From a virus (taxonomy: Duplodnaviria; Caudoviricetes): a stretch of 50,975 nucleotides of DNA. The translations under genes were made by a program, and so were the position numbers. The notes under the pieces were generated by a model. The model made no database searches. It was not told the origin of the DNA and worked only from the letters and a program-made list of their open reading frames with translations. Positions 7,962 through 16,589 of this stretch are shown here, one piece after another. The DNA lies in IMG/VR virus record IMGVR_UViG_3300021178_000004, positions 1-50,975 of that record; one strand, 5' to 3'. Position 1 is the stretch's first letter; each line of letters starts with the position of its first letter.

Positions 7962-8155
7962 CAATCCGCGAACGCATAGTCGGCAACCTCTCTCGCCTCG
8001 CCATCTCCACCGCGAAGCGAGAGATCACCACAGTCTGCAACAAGCTAAAGGAGTATCCCTTAGAACTCGTCGCTAAAGACGCCCCTGAGAAGATCGCCAT
8101 TGCCTATCTCACAGAGGCGATCGAGCAGGTAAAGCAACGGAGGCCGAGGCTATGA
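7955..8155 (+). CDS. hypothetical protein
   Basis: Coupled ORF, SD AGGAG. Confidence 0.65.
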   Translation: MLAIRERIVGNLSRLAISTAKREITTVCNKLKEYPLELVAKDAPEKIAIAYLTEAIEQVKQRRPRL

Positions 8156-8361
8156 CCAAGCCAACGATAGCGAAGCTTCAGTCAGAGGTCAATGGCCTAA
8201 CCTCAACGGTGTCTCACTATAGAGAACAGAATAATAAACTAATCACTGAAAAGAGCGCCTTAACTAGCGAGGTTAACTCCTTAAAGGCACAGCTTCAGTG
8301 GGTCAGGCAGTTATGCCAATCGCTCAGCGAGGCAAATCTGCATCGGGAGAAGAACAGATGA
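8152..8361 (+). CDS. small coiled-coil protein
   Basis: ATGA overlap; heptad pattern. Confidence 0.65.
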   Translation: MTKPTIAKLQSEVNGLTSTVSHYREQNNKLITEKSALTSEVNSLKAQLQWVRQLCQSLSEANLHREKNR

Positions 8362-8561
8362 GCTACCGTGTGATGGTAATGTGTCGAACCAAATGGCACG
8401 GTTCAGACCAAGAGCTAGGCGACATAGGTGAGAGCTTTAAGACCAAAGAGGAAGCTGATGACGCAGCCGAGAATACAGAGATAACTCAAGAGGATTACGA
8501 GGCTGCGGCCGAAGCTCAAGGCTTAGAAGTCTGGCTCAAGGTAGTGGAGGATAAGTCATGA
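8358..8561 (+). CDS. acidic hypothetical protein
   Basis: ATGA overlap at 8358 (MSYRVM). Confidence 0.6.
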   Translation: MSYRVMVMCRTKWHGSDQELGDIGESFKTKEEADDAAENTEITQEDYEAAAEAQGLEVWLKVVEDKS

Positions 8562-8638
8562 GCTACCGCAAAATCGGAGGACTTCACTACATCCACATCG
8601 GCCGCTTGGGGTTCTGTTGGTATTGGAGGCGGCCATGA
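8558..8638 (+). CDS. 26-aa peptide
   Basis: MSYRKIGGLHYIHIGRLGFCWYWRRP; ATGA overlaps at both ends; SD GGAGG. Confidence 0.55.
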   Translation: MSYRKIGGLHYIHIGRLGFCWYWRRP

Positions 8639-8829
8639 AAGTCTCCTTCAAGGTCAGCTTCGAGCTCCCAGAGAACGCTACTATAAATGATGCCTACCAC
8701 TATGTCGAGGACAGCGTTGCCTCTTGGCATGGTAGCCTACGGCCTGCTGAAAGCTATGGAGATAATGACCCTGGTGATCCTATGTTCAACTTAAACAGCG
8801 ATACAGTAACAGTGGAGAAGGTCATATGA
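8635..8829 (+). CDS. hypothetical protein
   Basis: Start MKVSFK with GGAGG SD. Confidence 0.65.
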   Translation: MKVSFKVSFELPENATINDAYHYVEDSVASWHGSLRPAESYGDNDPGDPMFNLNSDTVTVEKVI

Positions 8830-8960
8830 AACACCGCTACCGCTCCCGCCGCTTCCGCAAGCCCAAGATAACCTCCCGCGTCACTTGGTCAACTGACGAC
8901 GGCCGGCAATGGTGGTGCCATCCGACTAAGGGGTGGAGATCGATGAGGGTTAAGGCATGA
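8826..8960 (+). CDS. small basic protein (HPTKGWR motif)
   Basis: Manual translation MKHRYRSRRFRKPKITSRVTWSTDDGRQWWCHPTKGWRSMRVKA; ATGA coupling. Confidence 0.6.
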   Translation: MKHRYRSRRFRKPKITSRVTWSTDDGRQWWCHPTKGWRSMRVKA

Positions 8961-9130
8961 TAGGCCAGCATCTAGTCATAGCCATAGCCGATGGAGATGG
9001 TAGCATCGACTATGGCAAGCGAATTTGGTCTGAGCGATTCTTAGGGTCAGAGACAGCCCATAGGGTAGCTATATGGCTACAAGAAAAGGGCATCACTGTA
9101 CTGGTCGAGCAAGACGTACCATCGCACTAA
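8957..9130 (+). CDS. small hypothetical protein (57 aa)
   Basis: ATGA coupling; ends just before the terminator. Confidence 0.55.
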   Translation: MIGQHLVIAIADGDGSIDYGKRIWSERFLGSETAHRVAIWLQEKGITVLVEQDVPSH

Positions 9131-9133
9131 TCC

Positions 9134-9170
9134 AAAGGGCCACGGTATCTCGCCGTGGCCCTTTCAGTTT
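9134..9170 (+). terminator. intrinsic terminator
   Basis: AAAGGGCCACGG-tatctcg-CCGTGGCCCTTT followed by CAGTTT. Confidence 0.8.
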
Positions 9171-9195
9171 CAGGGCGGGCTAGAGGAGTTTAGGG

Positions 9196-9224
9196 TTGAT
9201 TTTGCAACCTAACCGTGTTATACT
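9196..9224 (+). promoter_or_regulatory. sigma70-like promoter P2
   Basis: TTGATT-17nt-TATACT with TG extended -10, just after the terminator. Confidence 0.8.
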
Positions 9225-9288
9225 GGCTATTACAATGGAGCAGAGGACATGAGCGGCAGAAAACTTCACAAGCACATCGATATCCAGC

Positions 9289-9453
9289 TTGCTTCGCCAA
9301 GTCCTAGCTGGCATCAAACCAGAGCGCAGGCCAACCAAGTCTAAGCTAACACCACCTCGTCCAGCCGCAACCTATCGAGGGGCTAGGCGAAACTTCCTTC
9401 GTAACCGCCGCAAGTTGGCCCTTGCAGCAAGGCGAGCGGAGCGCTGCGCATGA
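9289..9453 (+). CDS. small Arg-rich protein (start uncertain)
   Basis: LLRQVLAGIKPERRPTKSKLTPPRPAATYRGARRNFLRNRRKLALAARRAERCA; ATGA-coupled to the next gene. Confidence 0.4.
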   Translation: MLRQVLAGIKPERRPTKSKLTPPRPAATYRGARRNFLRNRRKLALAARRAERCA

Positions 9454-9764
9454 TTCCCCCTCACTCCATCACCCTCTGGTACTCCGACAACCAAATCCGC
9501 ATGCACGTCCCTCCCTCTCAGGGTACCCTCGGCCATTCCCTAACCTTCACCGACGACCTCGTCGGCTGGGCCAGGATCAAAACCATCCTCCGTGAGCGAG
9601 CCAAGGCCAATGACCTTCGGCTTGCGGTGAGGGGAACCCCGACGCAATCGCAACTGGCGGAGTATGACGAGAAGGCCGTAAAGCGGCCTAAGCCCAAGTT
9701 CAAGGTCGCCCCTGGCGTAGCACAAGCCGCAAAAGAGGTCATGAGAAGAATGGGAATGATATGA
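9450..9764 (+). CDS. hypothetical protein
   Basis: SD GGAG; coupled. Confidence 0.75.
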   Translation: MIPPHSITLWYSDNQIRMHVPPSQGTLGHSLTFTDDLVGWARIKTILRERAKANDLRLAVRGTPTQSQLAEYDEKAVKRPKPKFKVAPGVAQAAKEVMRRMGMI

Positions 9765-9886
9765 TAATCTTCAAAGACTGGCTCGCCACTTTGCGCTCAG
9801 TGCGAACTATCGACGCCCTCGCCATGATATGGGCTGGATGGTGCCTCGATCCAAAGTGTCCTCATTACCCTCATGGTGTAAGATGA
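9761..9886 (+). CDS. small hypothetical protein (41 aa)
   Basis: ATGA coupling at both ends. Confidence 0.5.
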   Translation: MIIFKDWLATLRSVRTIDALAMIWAGWCLDPKCPHYPHGVR

Positions 9887-10179
9887 CCCCCGCCGACACC
9901 AACTTCCTCACTGCTGCGACCATCAACCTCTACCTCGAATCCCTCCGCCGCGACGGCCGGCTTCTCCTTGCTCCGCAGGATATCCCCATCCTCTATGACA
10001 TGATTTCAGTCATTACCAATCCCTTCAAGGTCACGCCAATCCCCGATACCGCCCGCTCTCGCGAGCTAACCGAGGAAGAGCGGGAGCAGGTGCTAGCAAC
10101 CTTTGGTCAGGAACAGGCTAATATACTTGATGGTGGTGGTATTGATACGCCTAGTATTTATCAATGGAAGGTGACATGA
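9883..10179 (+). CDS. hypothetical protein
   Basis: Start refined to MTPADT (ATGA overlap). Confidence 0.65.
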   Translation: MTPADTNFLTAATINLYLESLRRDGRLLLAPQDIPILYDMISVITNPFKVTPIPDTARSRELTEEEREQVLATFGQEQANILDGGGIDTPSIYQWKVT

Positions 10180-10484
10180 CCTTCCCCGAAGCCACAACCT
10201 TCGCCAACGAATCCGGCTGGGTCATCTACTCCCTCAACCAAGCAACCTGCGACCAGGACCCTCCTTGGCGCTGTTGCCTCCGTGCAGCCGAAGGCGGGTA
10301 CAGGCGGCAGATTAGCCATGGCAAAGGCGAGAGCCCAGAAGAGGCTATCTTCGATGCGCTCAGCGCTGCGCCGGAGTTAGAGGCTGAAGTTAGCGTCACT
10401 ATCGAGCCGACATTCAGGTCAGTCCCCAACCTTCTAGCTTTGATCGGCACCAAGCCCCTACAACCAACAAGGACAAGGACATGA
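10176..10484 (+). CDS. hypothetical protein
   Basis: Start MTFPEA (ATGA overlap). Confidence 0.65.
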   Translation: MTFPEATTFANESGWVIYSLNQATCDQDPPWRCCLRAAEGGYRRQISHGKGESPEEAIFDALSAAPELEAEVSVTIEPTFRSVPNLLALIGTKPLQPTRTRT

Positions 10485-10777
10485 ACCGTCGGGGATTCCT
10501 TGCAGGACTCTTAGCAATAACAGCAACGGCTATCGCCAAGCCGGTTCTAATCATCGCTAAGAAGGTTCCAGCTATCAAAAAGCTAATGGGCCTTGACGAG
10601 CTAATCGCTTGGGCAACCAGAACCGCCAAGGCTGAGATAGTTGAGCTAGGCTTCGATCAAGCTGTTAAGGACGAGCCTACAAGCGAACGCAAGGCTGCCT
10701 CAGATGCTCTCGGCAACTTCCTTATCGCTGATATGAAGGCCAATCCAGAGAAGTATAGATCGACGGAGCCTCTATGA
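10481..10777 (+). CDS. protein with twin-arginine (Tat)-like N-terminus
   Basis: MNRRGFLAGLLAITATAIA fits the RRxFL twin-arginine consensus. Confidence 0.65.
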   Translation: MNRRGFLAGLLAITATAIAKPVLIIAKKVPAIKKLMGLDELIAWATRTAKAEIVELGFDQAVKDEPTSERKAASDALGNFLIADMKANPEKYRSTEPL

Positions 10778-10817
10778 GACACTTCCTACCCCACCTATAA
10801 CTTGCGCAGGCGGCGAA

Positions 10818-11036
10818 ATGCTTGAATCAACTGCTGGTGGCCCACCAACCTCCGGCGAATCCTTCGCCAAGATGCTCCACCACATCCGTGAAGCCCAAGA
10901 GCAAGCCGCTGTCCTCGCCCACCTCGCCAACGCGAATGACGATCGAATGATGGCCTTGGGCTGGCTGGCGGTTACAGAGCAGTTGAAGAAGATGCAACAT
11001 GTACTAACGCAGATGGCGATGAGGAAGATGCAATGA
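10818..11036 (+). CDS. hypothetical helical protein
   Basis: 72-aa ORF in operon context. Confidence 0.7.
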   Translation: MLESTAGGPPTSGESFAKMLHHIREAQEQAAVLAHLANANDDRMMALGWLAVTEQLKKMQHVLTQMAMRKMQ

Positions 11037-11209
11037 CTGATGCCGAATGCCTTAGAGCGCTTAATGAGCATCTAGAAGTAGCTAGTGTACTAAAGGTAGA
11101 CCTAGAACAGCGCGGATGGACTGTAGAACTTCATAGGACTTGCGTTGCAGGATGGCCTTTTGTTTCATGGCCTCTTAAGGCTAAAGCAGCTAGGGTGGAG
11201 AAGCTGTAA
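11033..11209 (+). CDS. small hypothetical protein (58 aa)
   Basis: ATGA start overlap and TAATG coupling to the helicase. Confidence 0.55.
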   Translation: MTDAECLRALNEHLEVASVLKVDLEQRGWTVELHRTCVAGWPFVSWPLKAKAARVEKL

Positions 11210-12648
11210 TGGAAGCCCGCACCATCACCCCTACCGGCGAACAAATCGCCATCACCGACCTTATCCGCTCCGACACCTGCAACGTCATCGTTAATGCCCT
11301 TGCGGGGACAGGGAAGACGACAACCTTGGAGATGATTCAAGATGCAAGTCCTACCCGTCCTGTCTTGCTTATTTGCTTTAACAAGCGTGTTGCTGACGAT
11401 GCTACCAAGAGGTTCCCGTCTACTACGACTGTACGTACCTTTAATTCTCTTGGCCATCGCATTTGGGCTAAGTCTGTTAGTAAACTAACCTTAGACCCAC
11501 AAAAGACTGCCACCATCTTCAAAGCCATCCGCGACGAACTCCCCAAGCCCTACCGCTCAGAAGCCTCCGAACTCTATTGGGATGTAATCTCCGCCGTCGC
11601 CAAGGCCAAAGCCCTCGGCTATGTCCCCGAATCCAAGTTCCCCCAAGCCCGCCGCCTCATAACCGCGGAGGAACTCTATGCCTCGCTCGACGAAAAGCCC
11701 TCGTCCCTCCTCGCCGAACTCATCGACGCTGTCCTCATCACATCAATTAAAGCAGCTTATGCGGGGTCGATTGATTATAACGATCAGATATTTATGCCCG
11801 CATTGTTCGGAGGTACATTTTCACGATTTCCCCTTGTCCTTGTCGATGAAGCGCAGGACCTCAATCCAACGAACCATGCGATGCTCGACAAGCTCTGCAA
11901 GAGCAGCCGGATTTGTGCTGTCGGCGACCCATGGCAAAGCATCTATGGGTTCCGAGGAGCCGTCCAGAATGGTATGTCTCAGCTTGCAGCCACTTGGCAC
12001 ATGCACGAGAAAACTATCAGTATCAGCTTTCGTTGCCCCCAAGCGATCGTCGAGAACGTCCGCTGGCGGGTCCCGCATTTTCGCTGGGTGAAGGAGGGAG
12101 GGCATGTTGAGCAACTCTCTGGGTTGGAGCCTAACAATATTCCTGACGGTGCAACCATTCTTTGTCGAAACAATGCACCACTATTCCGATGCGCCTTTCA
12201 TCTTCTTGCTGAACGGCGTAGCGTTGCTGTATCTGGGTCTGAGATCGGACCCAAGCTCATAGGTATCCTCCGCAAGATCGGCTCCGACGCCGATACCCAA
12301 GCCGACCTCCTCACAAAGATCGAAGGCTGGCGAGATGAAAAGCTCCAGAAGTCCCAAGCGCCTGCTACTATTAACGATATGGCTGATTGCCTACGCATTT
12401 TTGCTAGCTTTGGTGCTACCATGGCCCAAGCTGTGGCCTACGCTGAGCACCTCTTCGCACAGCGCGGAGCGATTAAGATGATGACGGGGCATAAGGCGAA
12501 GGGGGGAGAGTGGGATCAGGTCTATCACCTTGATCCATGGCTGATTGGCGACGATGAGCAAGAGCTAAACCTTCGCTATGTCATTTCCACCCGGGCGAAG
12601 GAGGCGCTGTATGAGATCGACAGCCAAAATATAAGGTGGTTAGCATGA
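11209..12648 (+). CDS. UvrD/REP-like superfamily 1 helicase
   Basis: ALAGTGKT, LVDEAQD, VGDPWQSIYGFRGA, SFRCP, TGHKAKGGEWD, YVISTRAK motifs. Confidence 0.93.
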   Translation: MEARTITPTGEQIAITDLIRSDTCNVIVNALAGTGKTTTLEMIQDASPTRPVLLICFNKRVADDATKRFPSTTTVRTFNSLGHRIWAKSVSKLTLDPQKTATIFKAIRDELPKPYRSEASELYWDVISAVAKAKALGYVPESKFPQARRLITAEELYASLDEKPSSLLAELIDAVLITSIKAAYAGSIDYNDQIFMPALFGGTFSRFPLVLVDEAQDLNPTNHAMLDKLCKSSRICAVGDPWQSIYGFRGAVQNGMSQLAATWHMHEKTISISFRCPQAIVENVRWRVPHFRWVKEGGHVEQLSGLEPNNIPDGATILCRNNAPLFRCAFHLLAERRSVAVSGSEIGPKLIGILRKIGSDADTQADLLTKIEGWRDEKLQKSQAPATINDMADCLRIFASFGATMAQAVAYAEHLFAQRGAIKMMTGHKAKGGEWDQVYHLDPWLIGDDEQELNLRYVISTRAKEALYEIDSQNIRWLA

Positions 12649-12893
12649 TTGAAGTTGAAATAACAACGAAAACAATGGTGGCTCTTGACCTAGACTTAGT
12701 TGCGGCTTGGTTCTGTGAATTAAATGACGAGCAGCAAGCCGACTTCTTCATTAAAGTATCCCAAAAGGCTGATACCTGGAAGCATCACCAAAATAGCCAA
12801 TGGTACTTGGTTGGTAGACATCTAAGAGATTGTGGCTGCTCAAATAGGATAGCAAGAGAGATGGTTCAATCAATTAGCGAGGGAACTAAATGA
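12645..12893 (+). CDS. hypothetical protein
   Basis: ATGA-coupled. Confidence 0.6.
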   Translation: MIEVEITTKTMVALDLDLVAAWFCELNDEQQADFFIKVSQKADTWKHHQNSQWYLVGRHLRDCGCSNRIAREMVQSISEGTK

Positions 12894-13279
12894 CCACCTC
12901 CACCTCCAAACTCGCCTTCAACGACTGCGAAGATGTCTTTATCCGCGCCCTAGAGCAAGAAGTCGGCGTTCGAGTCATGTTCACCACCTACGGCAAGGCT
13001 AAGCACTTCATAGGTCGTATGCATCGCTTTCGCGAGCTAGACCGCAAGGACAACGCCGAGAACTTCGAGAAAGGCCATCCCCTCCACGGTAAATCCAACT
13101 ACGACCAAGTCGTCTGCCGCGAGCCTTGGAAGGAGACCTTCGCCGACGGCGAGGGCTGGTGGGTCGATATCGAGAAGATGACGATCGACAACCTTATCAT
13201 CGAGCCGATAGCTCCCCGAGAGCTTCCGGTCTACGTGGAGCAGAAGCGGTTGGAGAAACCAAAGGAGGCGGCGGAATGA
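12890..13279 (+). CDS. hypothetical protein
   Basis: ATGA-coupled, SD GAGG. Confidence 0.75.
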   Translation: MTTSTSKLAFNDCEDVFIRALEQEVGVRVMFTTYGKAKHFIGRMHRFRELDRKDNAENFEKGHPLHGKSNYDQVVCREPWKETFADGEGWWVDIEKMTIDNLIIEPIAPRELPVYVEQKRLEKPKEAAE

Positions 13280-13428
13280 CTAGGGATGAGTTCATAGAAC
13301 TATATTGGCCAGAAATAAATGCTGGTGGAGTAGTTACTCAAGACCAAATTCAGAAGATGAATAAGTTACTTCAAGAGCGCGGCTTTGATCCTTTAAGCTT
13401 ATCTCCTGGGCAAGAGTATGAAGAATGA
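13276..13428 (+). CDS. small hypothetical protein
   Basis: Start MTRDEF, SD AGGAGG. Confidence 0.6.
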   Translation: MTRDEFIELYWPEINAGGVVTQDQIQKMNKLLQERGFDPLSLSPGQEYEE

Positions 13429-13479
13429 GCGCCACCATCCACCCCCTCACCGCCATCCTCGACCGCCTAAAGGAAGCCC

Positions 13480-13725
13480 ATGCCCTACGCCAAAGCCGAC
13501 GTAGTCCGAGCGATCGAGTTCTGGAAACTGGCGATCGTCAGCGAACACGGAATAGCGATAGCCATCGACCGCGACCGAAGGTGGTTCAGAAACATCCTCG
13601 ACGAGGCAAGAAGGCTTCACCTACAAACTGAAGAGGCCCATGCTTTGTTGGTGACCTTTCCGGAGGAGCCGGAAGACGAAGTCTGGATAGTGAGGAAGTA
13701 TGATGAGCAGGCCAAGAGCGAATGA
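13480..13725 (+). CDS. hypothetical protein
   Basis: SD AAGGA; 81 aa. Confidence 0.65.
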   Translation: MPYAKADVVRAIEFWKLAIVSEHGIAIAIDRDRRWFRNILDEARRLHLQTEEAHALLVTFPEEPEDEVWIVRKYDEQAKSE

Positions 13726-13948
13726 GTGCTATCACAGCCTCAACGTCTACCTCTACGATCGCCACCTTGCCTTCCTTGCTAATCAAGGCTCCCGCAGCGC
13801 AGTCATTCGGAGGCTGATAGATGACGCAATCGACCGAGGAAATCCTGGCCGAACGAGCCAAGACGCATGGGGAATACCTAACACACGCACAGATAACCCA
13901 AGACCTGAAGACAATTTTGCACACACGAGTGGGTTGGACGTGTCTTAA
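13700..13948 (+). CDS. ribbon-helix-helix DNA-binding protein
   Basis: SLNVYLY beta-ribbon followed by helices ending SRSAVIRRLIDDAI (Arc/CopG pattern). Confidence 0.6.
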   Translation: MMSRPRANECYHSLNVYLYDRHLAFLANQGSRSAVIRRLIDDAIDRGNPGRTSQDAWGIPNTRTDNPRPEDNFAHTSGLDVS

Positions 13949-14081
13949 CCAACCTCAGAAGGAATCCTTAGATATGATCGCCCATAAGATCGGCCGTATC
14001 CTCAACGGTAATCCAAACTACCGCGACCATTGGGATGATATCGCCGGCTATGCCAAACTAGTCGCAGACCTCTGCCCATGA
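13821..14081 (+). CDS. DUF6378-like protein
   Basis: ILAERAKTHG...MIAHKIGRILNGNPNYRDHWDDIAGYA signature. Confidence 0.85.
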   Translation: MTQSTEEILAERAKTHGEYLTHAQITQDLKTILHTRVGWTCLNQPQKESLDMIAHKIGRILNGNPNYRDHWDDIAGYAKLVADLCP

Positions 14082-14251
14082 TCGCCCACCTCTCCGAGGA
14101 GCCCCTCACCAAAGTCACCCTCAACCTCTTCACCCGAGATGTCGAGGACATGAAACAAATCCACGGCCATGGATACACCGAAGCGATTCGAAGGTTGCTT
14201 CGGCAGCATCTTAATATCAGAAGGCAACGGGAGGCGCTGGGGCAAATATGA
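14078..14251 (+). CDS. ribbon-helix-helix DNA-binding protein (57 aa)
   Basis: Manual translation MIAHLSEEPLTKVTLNLFTRDVEDMKQIHGHGYTEAIRRLLRQHL...; ATGA coupling at both ends. Confidence 0.6.
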   Translation: MIAHLSEEPLTKVTLNLFTRDVEDMKQIHGHGYTEAIRRLLRQHLNIRRQREALGQI

Positions 14252-14955
14252 CGGACGTGCAGGTCATTGAGCTTGATGTCACGGGACTATCTCCTGCCGA
14301 AATCGATGACATACAGACACATGTCAAATCAAAACAGCCTGGACCGGAGACGTATTTCTCGCCCGAACATGGCTGGACTTGTTTCCATTGCGGCGGAACA
14401 TTTTACACTGTGGAGGGGGCCAAATTACATTTTGGTAGTCTTCCTGCTGAGCTTCCACTGTGCCGTAAAATGGCTGCGGAACTTGAAACCCTCTGCGCTG
14501 CGCTCGCCGCAGCGCAGGCCGGGGCGCCCAAATATCCGGACGATTGGCAGCTTGTTGGCCGCGAACGCGATAGCCTCCGGGCGCAGGGCTTCGCGGCGGG
14601 GATCAAGGCGGCGGAAGAAATCGCCAGAAATCATGTGGGCGAAATAGCCCGCAAGATCGCCGATGCCATCCGCGCGCTGCGGCCTGTCGCGCCGGCAGAA
14701 AGACCGTGCCCCGTGTGCGGCGGCAGTGGCTTTTCTGGTCACGGCACCGGATATGATGATGTCTGCTCGGAATGCGGCGGCCAACGCTATCTGCCGCCCC
14801 CGTCAGCTTCCGAGCCGGCCGGGGTGCCAAGCGAGGAGGACCGACTAGTAACAATCAAGCTACCACACGGCTACGCTAGTGCCATCGAGTTCGCTAAAGA
14901 CTGCGGCTTTGAGCTTGTAGGCGAAAGGAGCTTCTATGTCAAACGAGATAGATAG
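14248..14955 (+). CDS. mosaic protein with two putative Zn-binding modules
   Basis: WTCFHCGGTF...HFG and DnaJ-type CPVCGGSG...CSECGG. Confidence 0.65.
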   Translation: MTDVQVIELDVTGLSPAEIDDIQTHVKSKQPGPETYFSPEHGWTCFHCGGTFYTVEGAKLHFGSLPAELPLCRKMAAELETLCAALAAAQAGAPKYPDDWQLVGRERDSLRAQGFAAGIKAAEEIARNHVGEIARKIADAIRALRPVAPAERPCPVCGGSGFSGHGTGYDDVCSECGGQRYLPPPSASEPAGVPSEEDRLVTIKLPHGYASAIEFAKDCGFELVGERSFYVKRDR

Positions 14956-15169
14956 ATTAATGGATGAAGACCCACTAAACCTATCAGCCCAAGACATAGA
15001 CGATATTATAGCTTATCAAAGGAAAATGAAAGCCAACTTCGACGCCGGGGTCAAGTCTGGCAAAGGCAAGACCCTCGTCGATGCTCCGAAGATCGACCTT
15101 CAATCTTTGCTAAAGGCTAGTATAGCCCAGAGCGGGACCCCACAGGTACAGGTGACGAGGCGAAGATGA
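14936..15169 (+). CDS. hypothetical protein
   Basis: SD AAGGAG; precedes the nuclease. Confidence 0.75.
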   Translation: MSNEIDRLMDEDPLNLSAQDIDDIIAYQRKMKANFDAGVKSGKGKTLVDAPKIDLQSLLKASIAQSGTPQVQVTRRR

Positions 15170-16197
15170 ACGAGGTGGACCAATGGATCGAAGATCAGCA
15201 CAAGGACATAATGAAAGATGTCCCCACTGCTACCGAAACAGCCGCTGTGCCTTCTCCTTTCTTACCTGGAACAAACATACAGTATGCTTGGGACAGCACT
15301 TCTCTGGCGCTTATAAAGGAATGCCCCCGCAAATACCAATACAAGATGATCGACGGCTGGCAGAAGGAGGAGGAGAATGTACATCTGCGATTTGGAATCG
15401 AGTATCATAGAGCCTTACAAGACTACGACATTGAGAGAGCAGCAGACATACCACACGACGACGCAGTTCATGACGTGGTTAGAGCAGCACTTATACGGAC
15501 CGGAGATTGGCGATCAGACCATAAGTATAAAAATCGTAACTACCTTATCAGGTCGATCCTCTGGTACCTTGACCACTTTCATGATGATCCATCCCAAACG
15601 TTTATCATGAACGACGGCAAGCCAGCGGTGGAGGTGAGTTTTAGGTTTGAGTTGGATTGGGGGCCGGATGAGTTTATTAAAGATGAGCCGTTTACCAACA
15701 ACACTCTTGGTGAACGCGGCCAGCCCTACCTCCTCTGCGGCCATCTCGACCGAGTCGTCCTTTTCCACGATGACCTCTTCGTCATGGACCGAAAGACCAC
15801 CACAACCACCCTCTCCGACTACTACTTTGCTCAGTTTGAGCCCTCGAACCAGATGACCCTCTACACCCTTGGCTCCAGAATCATATTCGACTCTCCTGTC
15901 AAGGGCGTCATCATCGACGCCGCCCAGGTCATGATTGAGGGCACCCGCTTCGTCCGCTCCATGACCTACCGAACCCAAGATCAACTCGACGAATGGCTTG
16001 CTGACCTTCGCTATTGGCTCGCAAAAGCCGAAGAATACGCCCAAGCGAACTACTGGCCCATGAACGATACCGCCTGTCGAATGTGTGAGTTTAGGGGAAT
16101 CTGCTCGAAGAGCCCACAGGTGAGGGAGAAGTTCTTGGCGTCAGACTTCAAGAAGGTCGAGCCCGACCAACGTTGGAACCCATTAAAACAGAGGTGA
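15166..16197 (+). CDS. PD-(D/E)XK (RecB/Cas4-like) exonuclease
   Basis: CPRKY, GxxYHxAL, GHLDRV, VMDRKTT, QMTLY, C-terminal CRMCEFRGIC. Confidence 0.9.
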   Translation: MNEVDQWIEDQHKDIMKDVPTATETAAVPSPFLPGTNIQYAWDSTSLALIKECPRKYQYKMIDGWQKEEENVHLRFGIEYHRALQDYDIERAADIPHDDAVHDVVRAALIRTGDWRSDHKYKNRNYLIRSILWYLDHFHDDPSQTFIMNDGKPAVEVSFRFELDWGPDEFIKDEPFTNNTLGERGQPYLLCGHLDRVVLFHDDLFVMDRKTTTTTLSDYYFAQFEPSNQMTLYTLGSRIIFDSPVKGVIIDAAQVMIEGTRFVRSMTYRTQDQLDEWLADLRYWLAKAEEYAQANYWPMNDTACRMCEFRGICSKSPQVREKFLASDFKKVEPDQRWNPLKQR

Positions 16198-16200
16198 AAC

Positions 16201-16398
16201 ATGGACTACCTAGAGCCAACACCAGAAAGCCGTGAGAAGCTACTATGGCTAGTTCACGATAATTTTATGGCTTGGCTTACCCAACAACGAGAGGAAACTA
16301 TCTCCCTAGATCAAAAGATTGATAGGCTAATGCTGGGGCTCGCTGACCTTGCTAAGGCTCTAGCTGGTGGATATAGAGAAAATGGCGTTAGGCAGTGA
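16201..16398 (+). CDS. hypothetical protein
   Basis: SD GAGG. Confidence 0.6.
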   Translation: MDYLEPTPESREKLLWLVHDNFMAWLTQQREETISLDQKIDRLMLGLADLAKALAGGYRENGVRQ

Positions 16399-16589
16399 CC
16401 GAACCCTCCAAGCTCACCCTCCAATTCGGCGACCTCGAAGTCGCTGAAGCCTCGCCAGAGACAATCGTCCTTGCCCTCCCTGTGGGCAAGAACTTTATCC
16501 GCCTCCACGTCGCTACTATCCCACACCTCGTCAAAGCCGGCGATCGCCTTCCTCTATTTGTTCAGGTGCCTTATGCCCCAAGAAACTAA
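16395..16589 (+). CDS. hypothetical protein
   Basis: GTGA coupling. Confidence 0.6.
   Translation: MTEPSKLTLQFGDLEVAEASPETIVLALPVGKNFIRLHVATIPHLVKAGDRLPLFVQVPYAPRN

Noticed and set aside
15166-16197. Cas4-like nuclease as part of a CRISPR system
   Set aside because: No other cas genes or array; the nuclease-ATPase-SSB context is a standard phage recombination module
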